Below, one piece after another: positions 47,547 to 57,796 of a stretch of 64,000 nucleotides of DNA; position 1 is the stretch's first letter; each line of letters starts with the position of its first letter. A model generated the notes under the pieces. That model did not search any database, was not told the DNA's origin, and was given only the letters and a program-made list of their open reading frames with translations. The DNA comes from a virus (taxonomy: Duplodnaviria; Caudoviricetes): positions 13,192 to 77,191 of the IMG/VR virus record IMGVR_UViG_3300020460_000014; one strand, given 5' to 3'. A program made the position numbers and the translations under genes.

Positions 47547-49217
47547 TCAATCTATTTTTTCTATTTCAAACTTAGAAAAACCGTTCTCTCTATATATTTG
47601 TATTTTTTGGTCAAATATCTCATGAGGAAGTTCAGTGTGATTTATTACAAAAGTATTTAATCCATTCTCTTTTATAACCTCATTTAATATTTTAAGAATA
47701 TTATAGACTCCATCTTGGTCTACTGAACTTAATAACTCATCTAAGAACATTAGATTAAGTTGTGGAAACCTTAGTTTTAATATTTTTATTATAGCAATAA
47801 TAACTATAAAATCAGCCTTCTTTCTTTCACCAGTTGAAAGCGTAAGTGGGTTAATTTCCTCTCCTAAATGATTTACAATACAGTTAAATTTCTCATCAAA
47901 TCTTATATGAAATTGAAGATGCATTGTTTGAACCATCATTGCTATATTAGCATTTAATCCTGGAAGTATTGTTTGAACTGCAAGGTTTTTAACTCCATCG
48001 TCGCCTAAAACTTCTTCTAATATTGTCATAAATGAATCCTGCTGGCCAACTTCTTCTCTTTTGCTTAATTTAGCCTTTTCAGATTTTTCAAAATCTTTTA
48101 TTATTTGTCTAAGATGTTGAAATTGACTTTCATCTTGATTTGAATCTTTTATTTTAATTAACTCATCTTTAATTTCTTTAATAGAATACCTTACCTTTTC
48201 TATCCTAGTTTCTATCTGTTTTCTCTTACTTTTTAAATCAGATACTATTTTATTGCCGCTTTCTATATCGGTTTTTATATTTTCAATTTCAGAATTATTT
48301 GTTTCTAAAGTCTTTTTGAATTCACCTTTGTGTTTATTATGCCAATCACTTGTTAATTTGGTCTCACAAGAAGGACAATGACCTCTCTCATATAACTCTA
48401 ATTTTTTTTGTAAATATTGGTTTTCTCTAATAATATCTTTTTTATGTTCATCTAATTCTAAAACTTTACCTTCTGCTCCTCCTAACTTTTCTTGTAATTT
48501 AACTTTTGCATCATTAAGTTTTTTTGAATTACTCCCTAAACTTAAAAGTTCTGATTTTAACAATTCTACCTTTTCTTTATCCTTTTTATTAGATTCTTCT
48601 AAAAGATTATTTAATCTATATCTGACTGAAGAAACGTTTTCCATGATTTGATTTAATTCAGAATCATATGAATCAATATCTAATTTGATTTGTTTTCTTT
48701 CTTCTTTAACATTTCTAAACATATCATTTAAAACTGAAAAACCAAACATCTTATCAATAATCTGTTTTTTATCAGAATTTGACATTGTTAAAAATGACTT
48801 AAAATCATTAATACTTAATATAATTATATTTTTGAATACATGATAAGGCATGCCAAATATCTCATCTTCTAAATATTCTTGAACTGATTTTTTACCAGCC
48901 TTATCAAATTCAACTCCATTTAAAAGAACCTTAAATCTATTAGGCATTAAACCCCTTTCTATTTCAACTTCAATATCTTTACATTGAATTCTAATCCTTA
49001 CCCATAACTCTTTATTAATTCTATTTGGTAAGTCTCCTAATTTAACACCCTCAACCTTTCCATATAGCGCATAAATAATACTATTAGCGATTGTAGTTTT
49101 ACCATGACCATTTTTACCAAGTGTTAAATACAATTGAGCGTCGTTCTCAAATTCTATTTTTTGAATTGAGTTTCCGTAACTGGCAAAATTCTTAAATTCT
49201 ATACTTTTAATCTTCAT
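47547..49217 (-). CDS. gp46: recombination nuclease ATPase subunit (SbcC/Rad50)
   Basis: GKNGHGKT, CPSC zinc hook, LSTGE signature, LDE Walker B. Confidence 0.95.
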   Translation of the reverse strand: MKIKSIEFKNFASYGNSIQKIEFENDAQLYLTLGKNGHGKTTIANSIIYALYGKVEGVKLGDLPNRINKELWVRIRIQCKDIEVEIERGLMPNRFKVLLNGVEFDKAGKKSVQEYLEDEIFGMPYHVFKNIIILSINDFKSFLTMSNSDKKQIIDKMFGFSVLNDMFRNVKEERKQIKLDIDSYDSELNQIMENVSSVRYRLNNLLEESNKKDKEKVELLKSELLSLGSNSKKLNDAKVKLQEKLGGAEGKVLELDEHKKDIIRENQYLQKKLELYERGHCPSCETKLTSDWHNKHKGEFKKTLETNNSEIENIKTDIESGNKIVSDLKSKRKQIETRIEKVRYSIKEIKDELIKIKDSNQDESQFQHLRQIIKDFEKSEKAKLSKREEVGQQDSFMTILEEVLGDDGVKNLAVQTILPGLNANIAMMVQTMHLQFHIRFDEKFNCIVNHLGEEINPLTLSTGERKKADFIVIIAIIKILKLRFPQLNLMFLDELLSSVDQDGVYNILKILNEVIKENGLNTFVINHTELPHEIFDQKIQIYRENGFSKFEIEKID

Positions 49218-50329
49218 TCTTCTAAATCGTAATTATTAACGCAATTATTATAGATATTATTTAATTTTTCTAATATCTTCTTTTTAAGATCTTTATCGTA
49301 ATTCATTGAATTTACATACTTCTCACATAATCCTAAAACGCTGTAATTTTTCTGCATCTCTTCAATTTCATCCAAATCATAAAGATCTTTATCTATAAAA
49401 CTATCTTCTTGATAAATATTGGGTTCTATTCTTCTGCCTATTTTCTGCACTTTATTAATCAAATTAGAAAGTGCTGAAGTTGTAGCAATATCGGATGGAA
49501 CGTATAAATCTATAAAATTATTTTTTATCTGTTCTTTAAAAGCGCCCAATGGCATGTCATATAACATTTTTATATTATACCTTAAAAACTTTGGACTAAT
49601 TTTATTTTCAAAGAATGTTTCTTCCATCGTTTCTAAATCAACAAGGTCAAATCCTTTTGGATTATTCATATCTGATCTAGTTAATTGATATGGAACTCCA
49701 ACCATTAAAAGTTTTCCTTTGTTTTGTCTATAATGAATATGTCCGCTATAAACTCTTGTATATTTGTCATAAATATTACTTTCGTTACCATGCTGGTTTT
49801 TGACCTTTGAATTAAGGTATATTCCTCTTACTTCAGAGTGACAAAATACTATTTCGCTGGTTGGATTATCAGCAAGGGTTTCTGCTTCATGGGCTGAATC
49901 TCTTCTCCACGGCATTAAAAGTATTTTTCTATCAGACCATTTATACATTACAGGATCCGTATAAACTTGGACATTTGGAATCCATTTAAGAGTATCTATT
50001 GATGTTATTGAATTTGACTTTTTAGCCCATATATCATGGTTTCCTACTATTATATGAACTGGAAGAATCTCTCCTAATCTTTCAAATAAACTTATTGCAT
50101 AATTTAATACTCTTATGTTAATACTTTGTCTATTATCAAAAGTATCTCCAACTTGTACTAAAACGTCGCCTGGTTTATAATGTTTTTTAAGAGTTGGCAA
50201 GAATAGATTTTCGAAAAAGTCCTTTTGAATTTCTAACCATTCTAATGAATTAGACCTTACCCCAAAATGTAAGTCACCTAAGACCCAAACCCTCTTTACA
50301 GGTTCTTGTATTGTTTTTAATTCTATCAT
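49214..50329 (-). CDS. gp47: recombination nuclease subunit (SbcD/Mre11)
   Basis: GDLHFG, GDTFD, GNHD, SGHIH. Confidence 0.95.
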   Translation of the reverse strand: MIELKTIQEPVKRVWVLGDLHFGVRSNSLEWLEIQKDFFENLFLPTLKKHYKPGDVLVQVGDTFDNRQSINIRVLNYAISLFERLGEILPVHIIVGNHDIWAKKSNSITSIDTLKWIPNVQVYTDPVMYKWSDRKILLMPWRRDSAHEAETLADNPTSEIVFCHSEVRGIYLNSKVKNQHGNESNIYDKYTRVYSGHIHYRQNKGKLLMVGVPYQLTRSDMNNPKGFDLVDLETMEETFFENKISPKFLRYNIKMLYDMPLGAFKEQIKNNFIDLYVPSDIATTSALSNLINKVQKIGRRIEPNIYQEDSFIDKDLYDLDEIEEMQKNYSVLGLCEKYVNSMNYDKDLKKKILEKLNNIYNNCVNNYDLEE

Positions 50330-50770
50330 TTAGAATAATTTATTAATGTTCTTTTTGGAAAGTACTTTGGTTTTTTTGTCTAATTCTATTATTAATTCTT
50401 CTTTAAATATATTAGAAAGGGAATTGTAAAATTTAACAGGTTCAATGTTGAAATAGTTACAAAGTTCTGAAAAAATATCGATCCTTGAGTATTTTTTTAA
50501 TAACTCATCTAAGATATAACTATAAACTTCATTAATATCAAGTTTTTTTAATTTTATGACTTCTGCAAATTCATTCACTTCATTGAATTTTTTAAATCTA
50601 GAAAGTTCTATTGTGTCATGTATTTCTGCTGAAAGCATTTCATAGTAGATGTTTTCTTCTTCAGTAAAACTTCCTCTAACACTAGCATCTAAATCAAAAG
50701 AAATAGATTTGGCCTCCATTTCTGGGGATTCGAAATTATTATCAAATATTTTATCAGTCTTGTTTCTCAT
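50330..50770 (-). CDS. hypothetical protein
   Basis: 146-aa ORF coupled to gp41 and gp47. Confidence 0.6.
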   Translation of the reverse strand: MRNKTDKIFDNNFESPEMEAKSISFDLDASVRGSFTEEENIYYEMLSAEIHDTIELSRFKKFNEVNEFAEVIKLKKLDINEVYSYILDELLKKYSRIDIFSELCNYFNIEPVKFYNSLSNIFKEELIIELDKKTKVLSKKNINKLF

Positions 50771-52083
50771 ATTGCATGTAAGTTGCTTGCTGTAATTTCC
50801 TCGGTTTCCATTAAACGCATATAGGAATAATTAATGTCTATTTTACATTTTGTTCCTTTACCTTCTCCGTCTCTAATCTTAAGTATTTTAAGACGATATT
50901 CATTACTTGCCTTCATTATATCATCTTGAATAATTCCTAACATAACGTCAGCAGTGTGTGAAAGACCTGCAGATTCTGCTATATCTAACATTGTAATATC
51001 TGACGCATTATATCCAGATCTGGTAATTTGGGTTGCTGTAACTATTAACCAATTATTTCTAATTCCCATTGCACGAAGATCCTCAGCAATTTGCTTTATT
51101 TTTAAGTATGTGTTTTCACTATTTGGATTTCTATAGTTTTGTAGTATATTTATGTAGTCAATAACAACTGCTCCTAATTTAATTCCTTTTTCTTCTTCTA
51201 TTTGAGAAAGATAGGCTTCAATATCTAAGACAGTTGCTTGTGATGTTGGAAACTGCTTTATAAAAAGACTTCCTGGAGGAGTAAATCCACTTCCAACGGT
51301 TTGTAGTTTTCTTTTAATATAGTCTTTATTTTTAGACTTATCTCCATATTCATTAATATTAATACCAAGAAGATTTGAACCTATTCTCTTAACAAATTTA
51401 TGAGCTGCCATTTCTGCTGTAATTACTGCAGTATTTGTACCCATTTTAACGAATTGAGCAGCATCATTTGCTAAAAATATAGATTTACCAATATTTTGTT
51501 CTCCAGCATAAACGACTAGATTTCCACCTTTATCATAACCACCTTCTAAAACTCTATCTAAAAAGTTATATCCAGTGCTTACTTTTTCTGTGGCTTTTTG
51601 GTCATGAGAATCAACATCAAAAAAGTCCAGGCCAAGATCGCTATTAAAAGTTAAATTATTCCTTTCATTAATAAGAGTTTTAACTTTGCTAATGATATGG
51701 TCTGTATTTTCTGGAGTTACATTTGTTGTTTTGATAAACTCGATAGTATCAATAAGAGTAGTATCAAAGTTTCTCCATTTTATCCAAGATTCTGCAGTTG
51801 ATGTTAGCCATTCTTCATCATATTGATCTAAATCTACTTCAAAAATAAGATTGACTATATTATCACTAATTTTATCAGCAGCGCCTTTTGCATTTTTAAC
51901 TAATAATTTTAGTTGATCTTTAGAAGGAGTTTCATTAAATTTAGTATAAAACTTTAATGAAAGGTTAGATAAAACATCAATTTCTTCAGAAGAATAAAAT
52001 CCGCTTCTAATTGCCTGCAAGTATTTAGGTTTTTCTAACGAAAACCTAAAAAACATTTTTTCATAATCTTGTCCAAATTCCAT
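50767..52083 (-). CDS. gp41: replicative DNA helicase (DnaB family)
   Basis: 'STGY..LD', 'AGEQNIGKS', 'TAEM', 'IDYINI', 'TATQITR', 'ESAGL..TAD'. Confidence 0.95.
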   Translation of the reverse strand: MEFGQDYEKMFFRFSLEKPKYLQAIRSGFYSSEEIDVLSNLSLKFYTKFNETPSKDQLKLLVKNAKGAADKISDNIVNLIFEVDLDQYDEEWLTSTAESWIKWRNFDTTLIDTIEFIKTTNVTPENTDHIISKVKTLINERNNLTFNSDLGLDFFDVDSHDQKATEKVSTGYNFLDRVLEGGYDKGGNLVVYAGEQNIGKSIFLANDAAQFVKMGTNTAVITAEMAAHKFVKRIGSNLLGININEYGDKSKNKDYIKRKLQTVGSGFTPPGSLFIKQFPTSQATVLDIEAYLSQIEEEKGIKLGAVVIDYINILQNYRNPNSENTYLKIKQIAEDLRAMGIRNNWLIVTATQITRSGYNASDITMLDIAESAGLSHTADVMLGIIQDDIMKASNEYRLKILKIRDGEGKGTKCKIDINYSYMRLMETEEITASNLHAI

Positions 52084-52085
52084 AA

Positions 52086-52379
52086 CTATTCAAATGGGTT
52101 GTTTATTATTGTATAAGATTCTTTGCCTTCTGTTTCATTTTTTTGAACAATAAATCCATCTTTTATTAACTGTTCTAGTGCTTCATCAACTTTTTTTGGA
52201 TCAGCATTCTTTAAATGATATTTCATTGTAGCATGCTTGGTGAAATTATAGTTTTTATCCCCAATATGTCTTTTTATCTTTTCATAAAGAATATCCAATC
52301 CATCTGGATAGGTTGCTAATTCAGTGTGAATTCCTAAGATATATTTTATAGGAAGTTTATTTTCATCAATTTTTAACAT
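52086..52379 (-). CDS. hypothetical protein (winged-helix-like C-terminus)
   Basis: 97-aa ORF. Confidence 0.55.
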   Translation of the reverse strand: MLKIDENKLPIKYILGIHTELATYPDGLDILYEKIKRHIGDKNYNFTKHATMKYHLKNADPKKVDEALEQLIKDGFIVQKNETEGKESYTIINNPFE

Positions 52380-52380
52380 A

Positions 52381-53487
52381 CTATGCGTTTTCTTCTAGAA
52401 TTTCATCAACATCAACATCCTCTGCTATTTCATTATAATTAAAAATAGGTTTAATATGCTGGTCTATCTGTTCTAAAACTTCTTTAGTAAATACTTTTTC
52501 TGTAAAAAAGTCAGCATTTGAAACTGTTTTATCTAAGTGTTTACATATCCAAGTTCTTGCGGTTGCTTTAGGTACTTTTTCACCTTTTACAATATTTCCT
52601 CTTGTAACTCCACAAATATCCCAATCTACATATTGTTCTAATCCTACATAAGGGTTCATTCCTTTAGTAAAATGTAAATGGAATTTAATATTTGTTGGTT
52701 TTGCAAAACGATTTTTATTTGGTTTTGCAGTAACAATAATTCCTGTTTTTTCAGCCCCTTCTTTAAGTTGAGCCTTATTTAAAAATAATACAATTGACGC
52801 TGCATATTCTGGGCCAGTACCACCTCCTGCAACTTGACGACTTATAAAGTCTTGTGTTTGATATGTATGATTTGTAAATAGGAAAGGAATTTTTAGATCA
52901 GCAAGTGGAGTCATTATAATTCTAAAAATAGATTTAAGTATTTTACTTCTTGTCATATCTGTTTTTTCACTTCCTGAAATAGCATCATTGATTTCTTTTT
53001 GAGTTGCTAAATTACCAGCACTGTCAAGAATAAGCATCAATTTAGGCACTTCACCTCCACTTCTTTTTACTTCTTGCATTTTAGAAGTAATCGTAGTAAC
53101 AGAATGCCTAAAGTCTTGCACCGTATTTACAGGTTGATAATTAACTTTCTTCAGGTCAATTCCAAACTTCTTCATTAATGTTTTATCAACAGCGGCCTCA
53201 CTATCATAGAAGACCACGTTATAGCCCATATCGATTGCTCTTTTTACGCTATTTAATATAAGGAATGTTTTACCGGTACCAGAAGGTCCTGCAATAGAAC
53301 AAGATCTATTATTTGGCCATCCACCAAAAAGTGAACCACTTACACATGCATTAAGGTGGTAATTACCAGTGTCTATCCATTCAGTAACTTCACTAAATGT
53401 ACTATTTTCCATTACACTTCCTAATGGGTTTATATTTGCTAATTCAGCATTTAAATCGCTAAAATCAAAACTATTCTTTTTCGCCAT
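52381..53487 (-). CDS. uvsX: RecA-like recombinase
   Basis: 'IDTGNY.LN..SGS..GG.P', GPSGTGKT, 'YDSE', 'LDSAGNL', 'NHTY', 'GG.G..YAAS'. Confidence 0.95.
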   Translation of the reverse strand: MAKKNSFDFSDLNAELANINPLGSVMENSTFSEVTEWIDTGNYHLNACVSGSLFGGWPNNRSCSIAGPSGTGKTFLILNSVKRAIDMGYNVVFYDSEAAVDKTLMKKFGIDLKKVNYQPVNTVQDFRHSVTTITSKMQEVKRSGGEVPKLMLILDSAGNLATQKEINDAISGSEKTDMTRSKILKSIFRIIMTPLADLKIPFLFTNHTYQTQDFISRQVAGGGTGPEYAASIVLFLNKAQLKEGAEKTGIIVTAKPNKNRFAKPTNIKFHLHFTKGMNPYVGLEQYVDWDICGVTRGNIVKGEKVPKATARTWICKHLDKTVSNADFFTEKVFTKEVLEQIDQHIKPIFNYNEIAEDVDVDEILEENA

Positions 53488-53662
53488 CTTTTTCTATTTT
53501 TTTAATTATTTCAGATTCAGATTCTCTAAGTTTGTTTAATTCTTTTATTAAGACATCTGATCTTTGTTTTAACTCTTCCATGGATTTTGTTATTTCATTA
53601 AATTCACTGTGGATTTTAATATATTTTTTAACTATTTTATTTTCTTCCGGGGTGAGTTCCAT
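53471..53662 (-). CDS. hypothetical coiled-coil protein
   Basis: 63-aa ORF. Confidence 0.5.
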   Translation of the reverse strand: MELTPEENKIVKKYIKIHSEFNEITKSMEELKQRSDVLIKELNKLRESESEIIKKIEKDGEKE

Positions 53663-53801
53663 GTGCTACTTTATTTTTAGCAAGTTCTTTATTAATTTCT
53701 TTTAAAAAGTTTTTTCTAATATACATTGCAACTTTTTTACCTAAATCTGCATAGTTAGGATTATTTGCTACTAATTTTATTATATGTTCTTCTGTTGTCA
53801 T
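53637..53801 (-). CDS. small hypothetical protein (54 aa), not in ORF track
   Basis: MTTEEHIIKLVANNPNYADLGKKVAMYIRKNFLKEINKELAKNKVAHGTHPGRK. Confidence 0.5.
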   Translation of the reverse strand: MTTEEHIIKLVANNPNYADLGKKVAMYIRKNFLKEINKELAKNKVAHGTHPGRK

Positions 53802-53812
53802 ACTTTTATTTT

Positions 53813-55015
53813 TTAAAATAATGCCGAAGCATATATTAAGTTTGTATCTAATTCTTGTAGGCCTGTTGCCTTTAAAACCCTATTAATAGGATCTATCATA
53901 CACTTTTCAAATTGAGTATCATAGTCTATTTTTGGTGCTATTTCATAAGGATGTTCTCCTGGTAAATAGGCGAATGTATCACAAATAGGATGCTTTGTAT
54001 TATAAATTCTAAGCTTCTCACCATTTGCAATCATCTTATATTTGTTTTTATATTTAGGATTATTATTCATTAAATAATTATAAAATCCTGCAGCCTTTAC
54101 ATTTGGAGGACATTTTAGTCCAATCTGAAATTCTTTGTGGTCATCTATAATATACTTATGTATGTTATTTGTTTTTCTATTAAATGAAATATCATCAATA
54201 TTAACCAATTTAAATTCAGTCTTACATTGTTTAAGAAATTGAACCATTTCTTGTAATTCGACTGGACCTGGTTTTGTACCTTTTCTAAATAATATTATTA
54301 GACCCTCTACCAATTTTTGTCTAGCAAATAATGGAGTAGAACTTTGAATAGTATCGTATCCTATTGTTTTAATTTTCTTTAAAGATGGATGACGATCTGT
54401 TACTTTTAATTTATCTTCCCATGCAATGTTTTGAATATATTTCTTCTTAGTCATGAAAATACCAGAGTAGGCTATTGATTCTAATTCAAACACTAAGAAG
54501 TTATCAGTATTATGAGTTCTAGCATACTTTTCCATTGCCATTAAGATATAATTCTTAATTCTTCTATTATAAACCTCTAATGTAAAAGTAGTTACGTCCA
54601 TCTTCTTGCTCTCATCTAACCACTCAACAGAATCATACATTTCACCAAACTGAACATAATTAGAATCTGTGTCAATATAAATTACAGCTGGTTTTACCAA
54701 CTTATTTGTAACTTTTATTCCAAGATCTTCATGTAATTGAATATCTTTATGCCAAAACTCTTGAAAATACTTATTTAGAATATTTTCAGAATAAAGTATG
54801 GCATTTTGACCTTGTAAAGTTATAGATTCTGCTATATCAATATCGAAGAAATGAAACCACTTGTTACCAAATGCTCCATAAATACTATTAAGTGAAAGTT
54901 TAACAGCCTGTTCGTATGCTGTGTATTTATTACTTAATGTTTCATATTTAGCAGCAAGCGCTTCTAATTCTTCTATAGACAGTTCGTCTACATTTATATC
55001 CGGTGACTCTACCAT
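53813..55015 (-). CDS. gp43: family B DNA polymerase, C-terminal half (gp43B)
   Basis: KLSLNSIYGAFG, YIDTDS, KKKY; no exonuclease or motif A. Confidence 0.92.
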   Translation of the reverse strand: MVESPDINVDELSIEELEALAAKYETLSNKYTAYEQAVKLSLNSIYGAFGNKWFHFFDIDIAESITLQGQNAILYSENILNKYFQEFWHKDIQLHEDLGIKVTNKLVKPAVIYIDTDSNYVQFGEMYDSVEWLDESKKMDVTTFTLEVYNRRIKNYILMAMEKYARTHNTDNFLVFELESIAYSGIFMTKKKYIQNIAWEDKLKVTDRHPSLKKIKTIGYDTIQSSTPLFARQKLVEGLIILFRKGTKPGPVELQEMVQFLKQCKTEFKLVNIDDISFNRKTNNIHKYIIDDHKEFQIGLKCPPNVKAAGFYNYLMNNNPKYKNKYKMIANGEKLRIYNTKHPICDTFAYLPGEHPYEIAPKIDYDTQFEKCMIDPINRVLKATGLQELDTNLIYASALF

Positions 55016-55018
55016 AAA

Positions 55019-55762
55019 CTAAGCAGTCTGACATGTTGAAATAGTTAAAAGAGTTTCTGATTCTGTGGAATCAAATACTACTTTATTGGATGAAACGTGT
55101 ACATTATATTCTTCTTTATCAAGAAGAGAAAGATATTTTTTATAAAGTGTAGCGTTTCCATCTCCAGTTGCAGATTGACTTACAACAACATTAAATGTTT
55201 TACCTTTTACTTCAACACCTCTTCCATTAGATTTAATATCAAAAGTTTCATCTTTTTCAAGATTAAATAGAGATTTAAGTCTATTAATTGTATGGTTATC
55301 AATTGGGAATTCAAACTCAGATTCTGCTCTAGTAAATATAGCATTGATTTGATCTGTTGTCAAATCTTTAAATCCTAGTGAAGGTTCTGAACATGCTAGA
55401 GTGATTTCTAATTCATCTGTATAAATTCTAAAAGTCGAAGCAACTAAATCCTGCTCATTCTCAATGAATTCGATTTCACATCTTACTGCATCATGTTCAA
55501 ATTGTTTAAATGCCTCAATAATTCTGTTTGCATCGAAAAAAGCCACTTTAAGTTCCTTTTCAAAAGAAGGAACCTCTGCTGTTTGAAAAATACTTTCAAA
55601 TGGAACAGAATGGTGCTTTACTGCATCTCTTTGAGGTAAATAAACGGTTGAAATTACTTGTCCATCTTTAATTTTAAAGTAAATAAAAGAATCAATTACT
55701 TTTAATTTATTGATAAAAGTTGTAAATGAATGTTGGTCAATACGATCAATTTGTAGTTTCAT
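55019..55762 (-). CDS. gp45: sliding clamp-like protein
   Basis: 247 aa beta-rich, adjacent to polymerase half; size and pattern of gp45/PCNA fold. Confidence 0.6.
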   Translation of the reverse strand: MKLQIDRIDQHSFTTFINKLKVIDSFIYFKIKDGQVISTVYLPQRDAVKHHSVPFESIFQTAEVPSFEKELKVAFFDANRIIEAFKQFEHDAVRCEIEFIENEQDLVASTFRIYTDELEITLACSEPSLGFKDLTTDQINAIFTRAESEFEFPIDNHTINRLKSLFNLEKDETFDIKSNGRGVEVKGKTFNVVVSQSATGDGNATLYKKYLSLLDKEEYNVHVSSNKVVFDSTESETLLTISTCQTA

Positions 55763-55793
55763 ATTAAATTATTTAATTTTATTAATTATAGAT

Positions 55794-55822
55794 TTTATAT
55801 TAAATAATGTGGAAATGTTTCA
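55794..55822 (-). promoter_or_regulatory. AAAC-N17-TATAAA class promoter (gp45-gp43B)
   Basis: TGAAAC-17 nt-TATAAA. Confidence 0.65.
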
Positions 55823-55831
55823 CTATTCTAT

Positions 55832-55864
55832 AAAAAATGGGGAAGCGTAGCGATACTCTTCCCC
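55832..55864 (-). terminator. intrinsic terminator after nrdA
   Basis: GGGGAAG stem / CTTCCCC followed by TTTTTT. Confidence 0.8.
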
Positions 55865-55865
55865 A

Positions 55866-55915
55866 AAGCCGTTAACTATTAACGGTCCTAAGTGTGACCC
55901 CGCAGGGCCACCCGT
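55866..55915 (-). ncRNA. candidate structured RNA element (unassigned)
   Basis: GC-rich island with stems GTGGCCC-TGCG-GGGTCAC and CCGTTAA-TAG-TTAACGG. Confidence 0.3.
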
Positions 55916-55924
55916 TTTTATAAT

Positions 55925-57769
55925 TTAACCATCACAACTTAGACAATCTTCACTTGTTGCGCTTGAGGCAATATCTCCTCTAAGAACACTTTCTGTTCTC
56001 ATGTAATAAAGTGTTTTGATTCCTTGTTTATACGCTTCTAAATGAACTTTATTAATAAATTTAGGTGACGCTTCGGTTGGAAAGGCAAGATTAAGACTTA
56101 CAGATTGATCAATATATTGTTGTCTGATTCCAGCCTGCTTAACCAATTCAAGTTGATTGATTTCTTTAAATGTTTTAAAAATTTCTTTTGGTGAAATAAA
56201 TTTGTCCTTTTCTATATGATCTAAACTTTCCCATTCTTCAACGGTTATAGGACTTCCTTCTTCACTATTATATTTAACGCCGTAAGGAACCATCCATTCA
56301 TTCATACATTCTAGATCTTGAACGCTTCCATTATCTTCTAATATTTTATTCCAATTCTCTTCTCTATTCTCTCCAATTCTTTTTAAGAAACCAACAAGAG
56401 ATTGGTTCTTTCTAATAAATGTTCCTTTTGCGGTTTGCTCTGTAAATACATTAGCGGCCCAAGGTTCTATACCAGGACTTACATTTCCGCTTAATTTTGA
56501 ATTTGTAACTGTTGGGGCAACTGCTCTTAAATGAGTATTTCTCGTTCCAGTTCCTACGCACCATAAAGGTTCTCCAAATTCTTCTGCCAATTCTCGGCTT
56601 GCAGTTTCGCTTTCAATTTGAATTTGACTAAATATCTTTCTAGTTTCAAATTGTGCCTGCATTCCTTCAAATGGAATTCCTCTCTCCTGAAGATAAGTGT
56701 GCCATCCTAAGACTCCAAGTCCAAGTGCTCTTCCCTTTTCAGCAGCCCTTACAGCATTTTCAAAGCCTTGTCTATATTTTGCCTTTTGCAAGAATTCTTC
56801 TAAGACTCCATCAAGAAACCAAATAGAAGTTCTAATTAAATCAGTGTCTTTCCACTCATCATATTTTGCCAAATTCAATGAACTTAAACAACAAACAAAA
56901 CTATGATTTTCATCAGTATGTAACGCTATCTCGCTACAAATATTAGTCATATAAACTTTTAAACCATTTTTAGCATATGCTTCAGGATTTGCCCTATTAA
57001 CATTTCCCTTAAACATAATATAAGGTTCTCCAGTCGCCTTGCGCTTTTTAACAAGAGCAGTCCATCTTCTTCTTGCCTCTTTATCTCCATGTTCGATTTT
57101 TTGCATATATGAATCGCTAACAATAACACATTGATGCATGTTAAGGCATTGCCTATTTACATCTCCCTTTGGTTCTCTAATTTCTAACCAATCCCAAAAG
57201 TCTCCATGTTCTATATCTATATTAACGCTTGCTGCGCCTCTTCTAACCGCCCCTTGGTTTGTAGCAAGAATTGTACTATCATAAATTTTACAAAAAGGAA
57301 CTACACCGTCTGAAGTACCATTATCAGTAATTTCAGAACCAGAAGGTCTAATTTGATTTACTCCAATTCCTACTCCACCTCCATTTTTGGCAAGCAACAT
57401 CATTTCAAGATTTTTCTTACCAATGTCGTGAATACTGTCGGCAACATCTATACCAAAACAAGAGATTGGAAGACCACGCTCTGTTCCAGTATTTGATAGA
57501 ACTGGAGAGGCAAGATTCAACCAACCTTTCCAAATATAATCAAAGAACTTACTTGCTAATTCTGGCTTTTTAAGTCTTTTTGCAATTGTAGTTGCTACTC
57601 TCCAATAGGCATCCTTTGGAGTTTCACTATATACTAAATATCCTTTTGATATTGTTTTTAAATAAATTTCTGTATGGCCCCAAACAGGATAATGGATTCC
57701 CTTTTCCCATCCTAGTTCATTTGCTAATATATCGGCCTTACCATTTCTTGATACTAAGTCTAATTCCAT
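55925..57769 (-). CDS. nrdA: ribonucleotide reductase class Ia alpha subunit (no ATP cone)
   Basis: LASPVLSN, ISCF, GGGVG, TNICSEI, CCLSSLN, APTVTNS, YYMRT, C-terminal CLSCDG. Confidence 0.96.
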   Translation of the reverse strand: MELDLVSRNGKADILANELGWEKGIHYPVWGHTEIYLKTISKGYLVYSETPKDAYWRVATTIAKRLKKPELASKFFDYIWKGWLNLASPVLSNTGTERGLPISCFGIDVADSIHDIGKKNLEMMLLAKNGGGVGIGVNQIRPSGSEITDNGTSDGVVPFCKIYDSTILATNQGAVRRGAASVNIDIEHGDFWDWLEIREPKGDVNRQCLNMHQCVIVSDSYMQKIEHGDKEARRRWTALVKKRKATGEPYIMFKGNVNRANPEAYAKNGLKVYMTNICSEIALHTDENHSFVCCLSSLNLAKYDEWKDTDLIRTSIWFLDGVLEEFLQKAKYRQGFENAVRAAEKGRALGLGVLGWHTYLQERGIPFEGMQAQFETRKIFSQIQIESETASRELAEEFGEPLWCVGTGTRNTHLRAVAPTVTNSKLSGNVSPGIEPWAANVFTEQTAKGTFIRKNQSLVGFLKRIGENREENWNKILEDNGSVQDLECMNEWMVPYGVKYNSEEGSPITVEEWESLDHIEKDKFISPKEIFKTFKEINQLELVKQAGIRQQYIDQSVSLNLAFPTEASPKFINKVHLEAYKQGIKTLYYMRTESVLRGDIASSATSEDCLSCDG

Positions 57770-57796
57770 TAATTTAAATTTATAATTTATATATTT

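Noticed and set aside
55868-55915. Plus-strand CGGTCCTAAG resembling the twister ribozyme L4 loop
   Set aside because: I could not build P1/P2/P4 or the GC pseudoknot partner, and it is antisense to local transcription. Kept only as an unassigned structured element.
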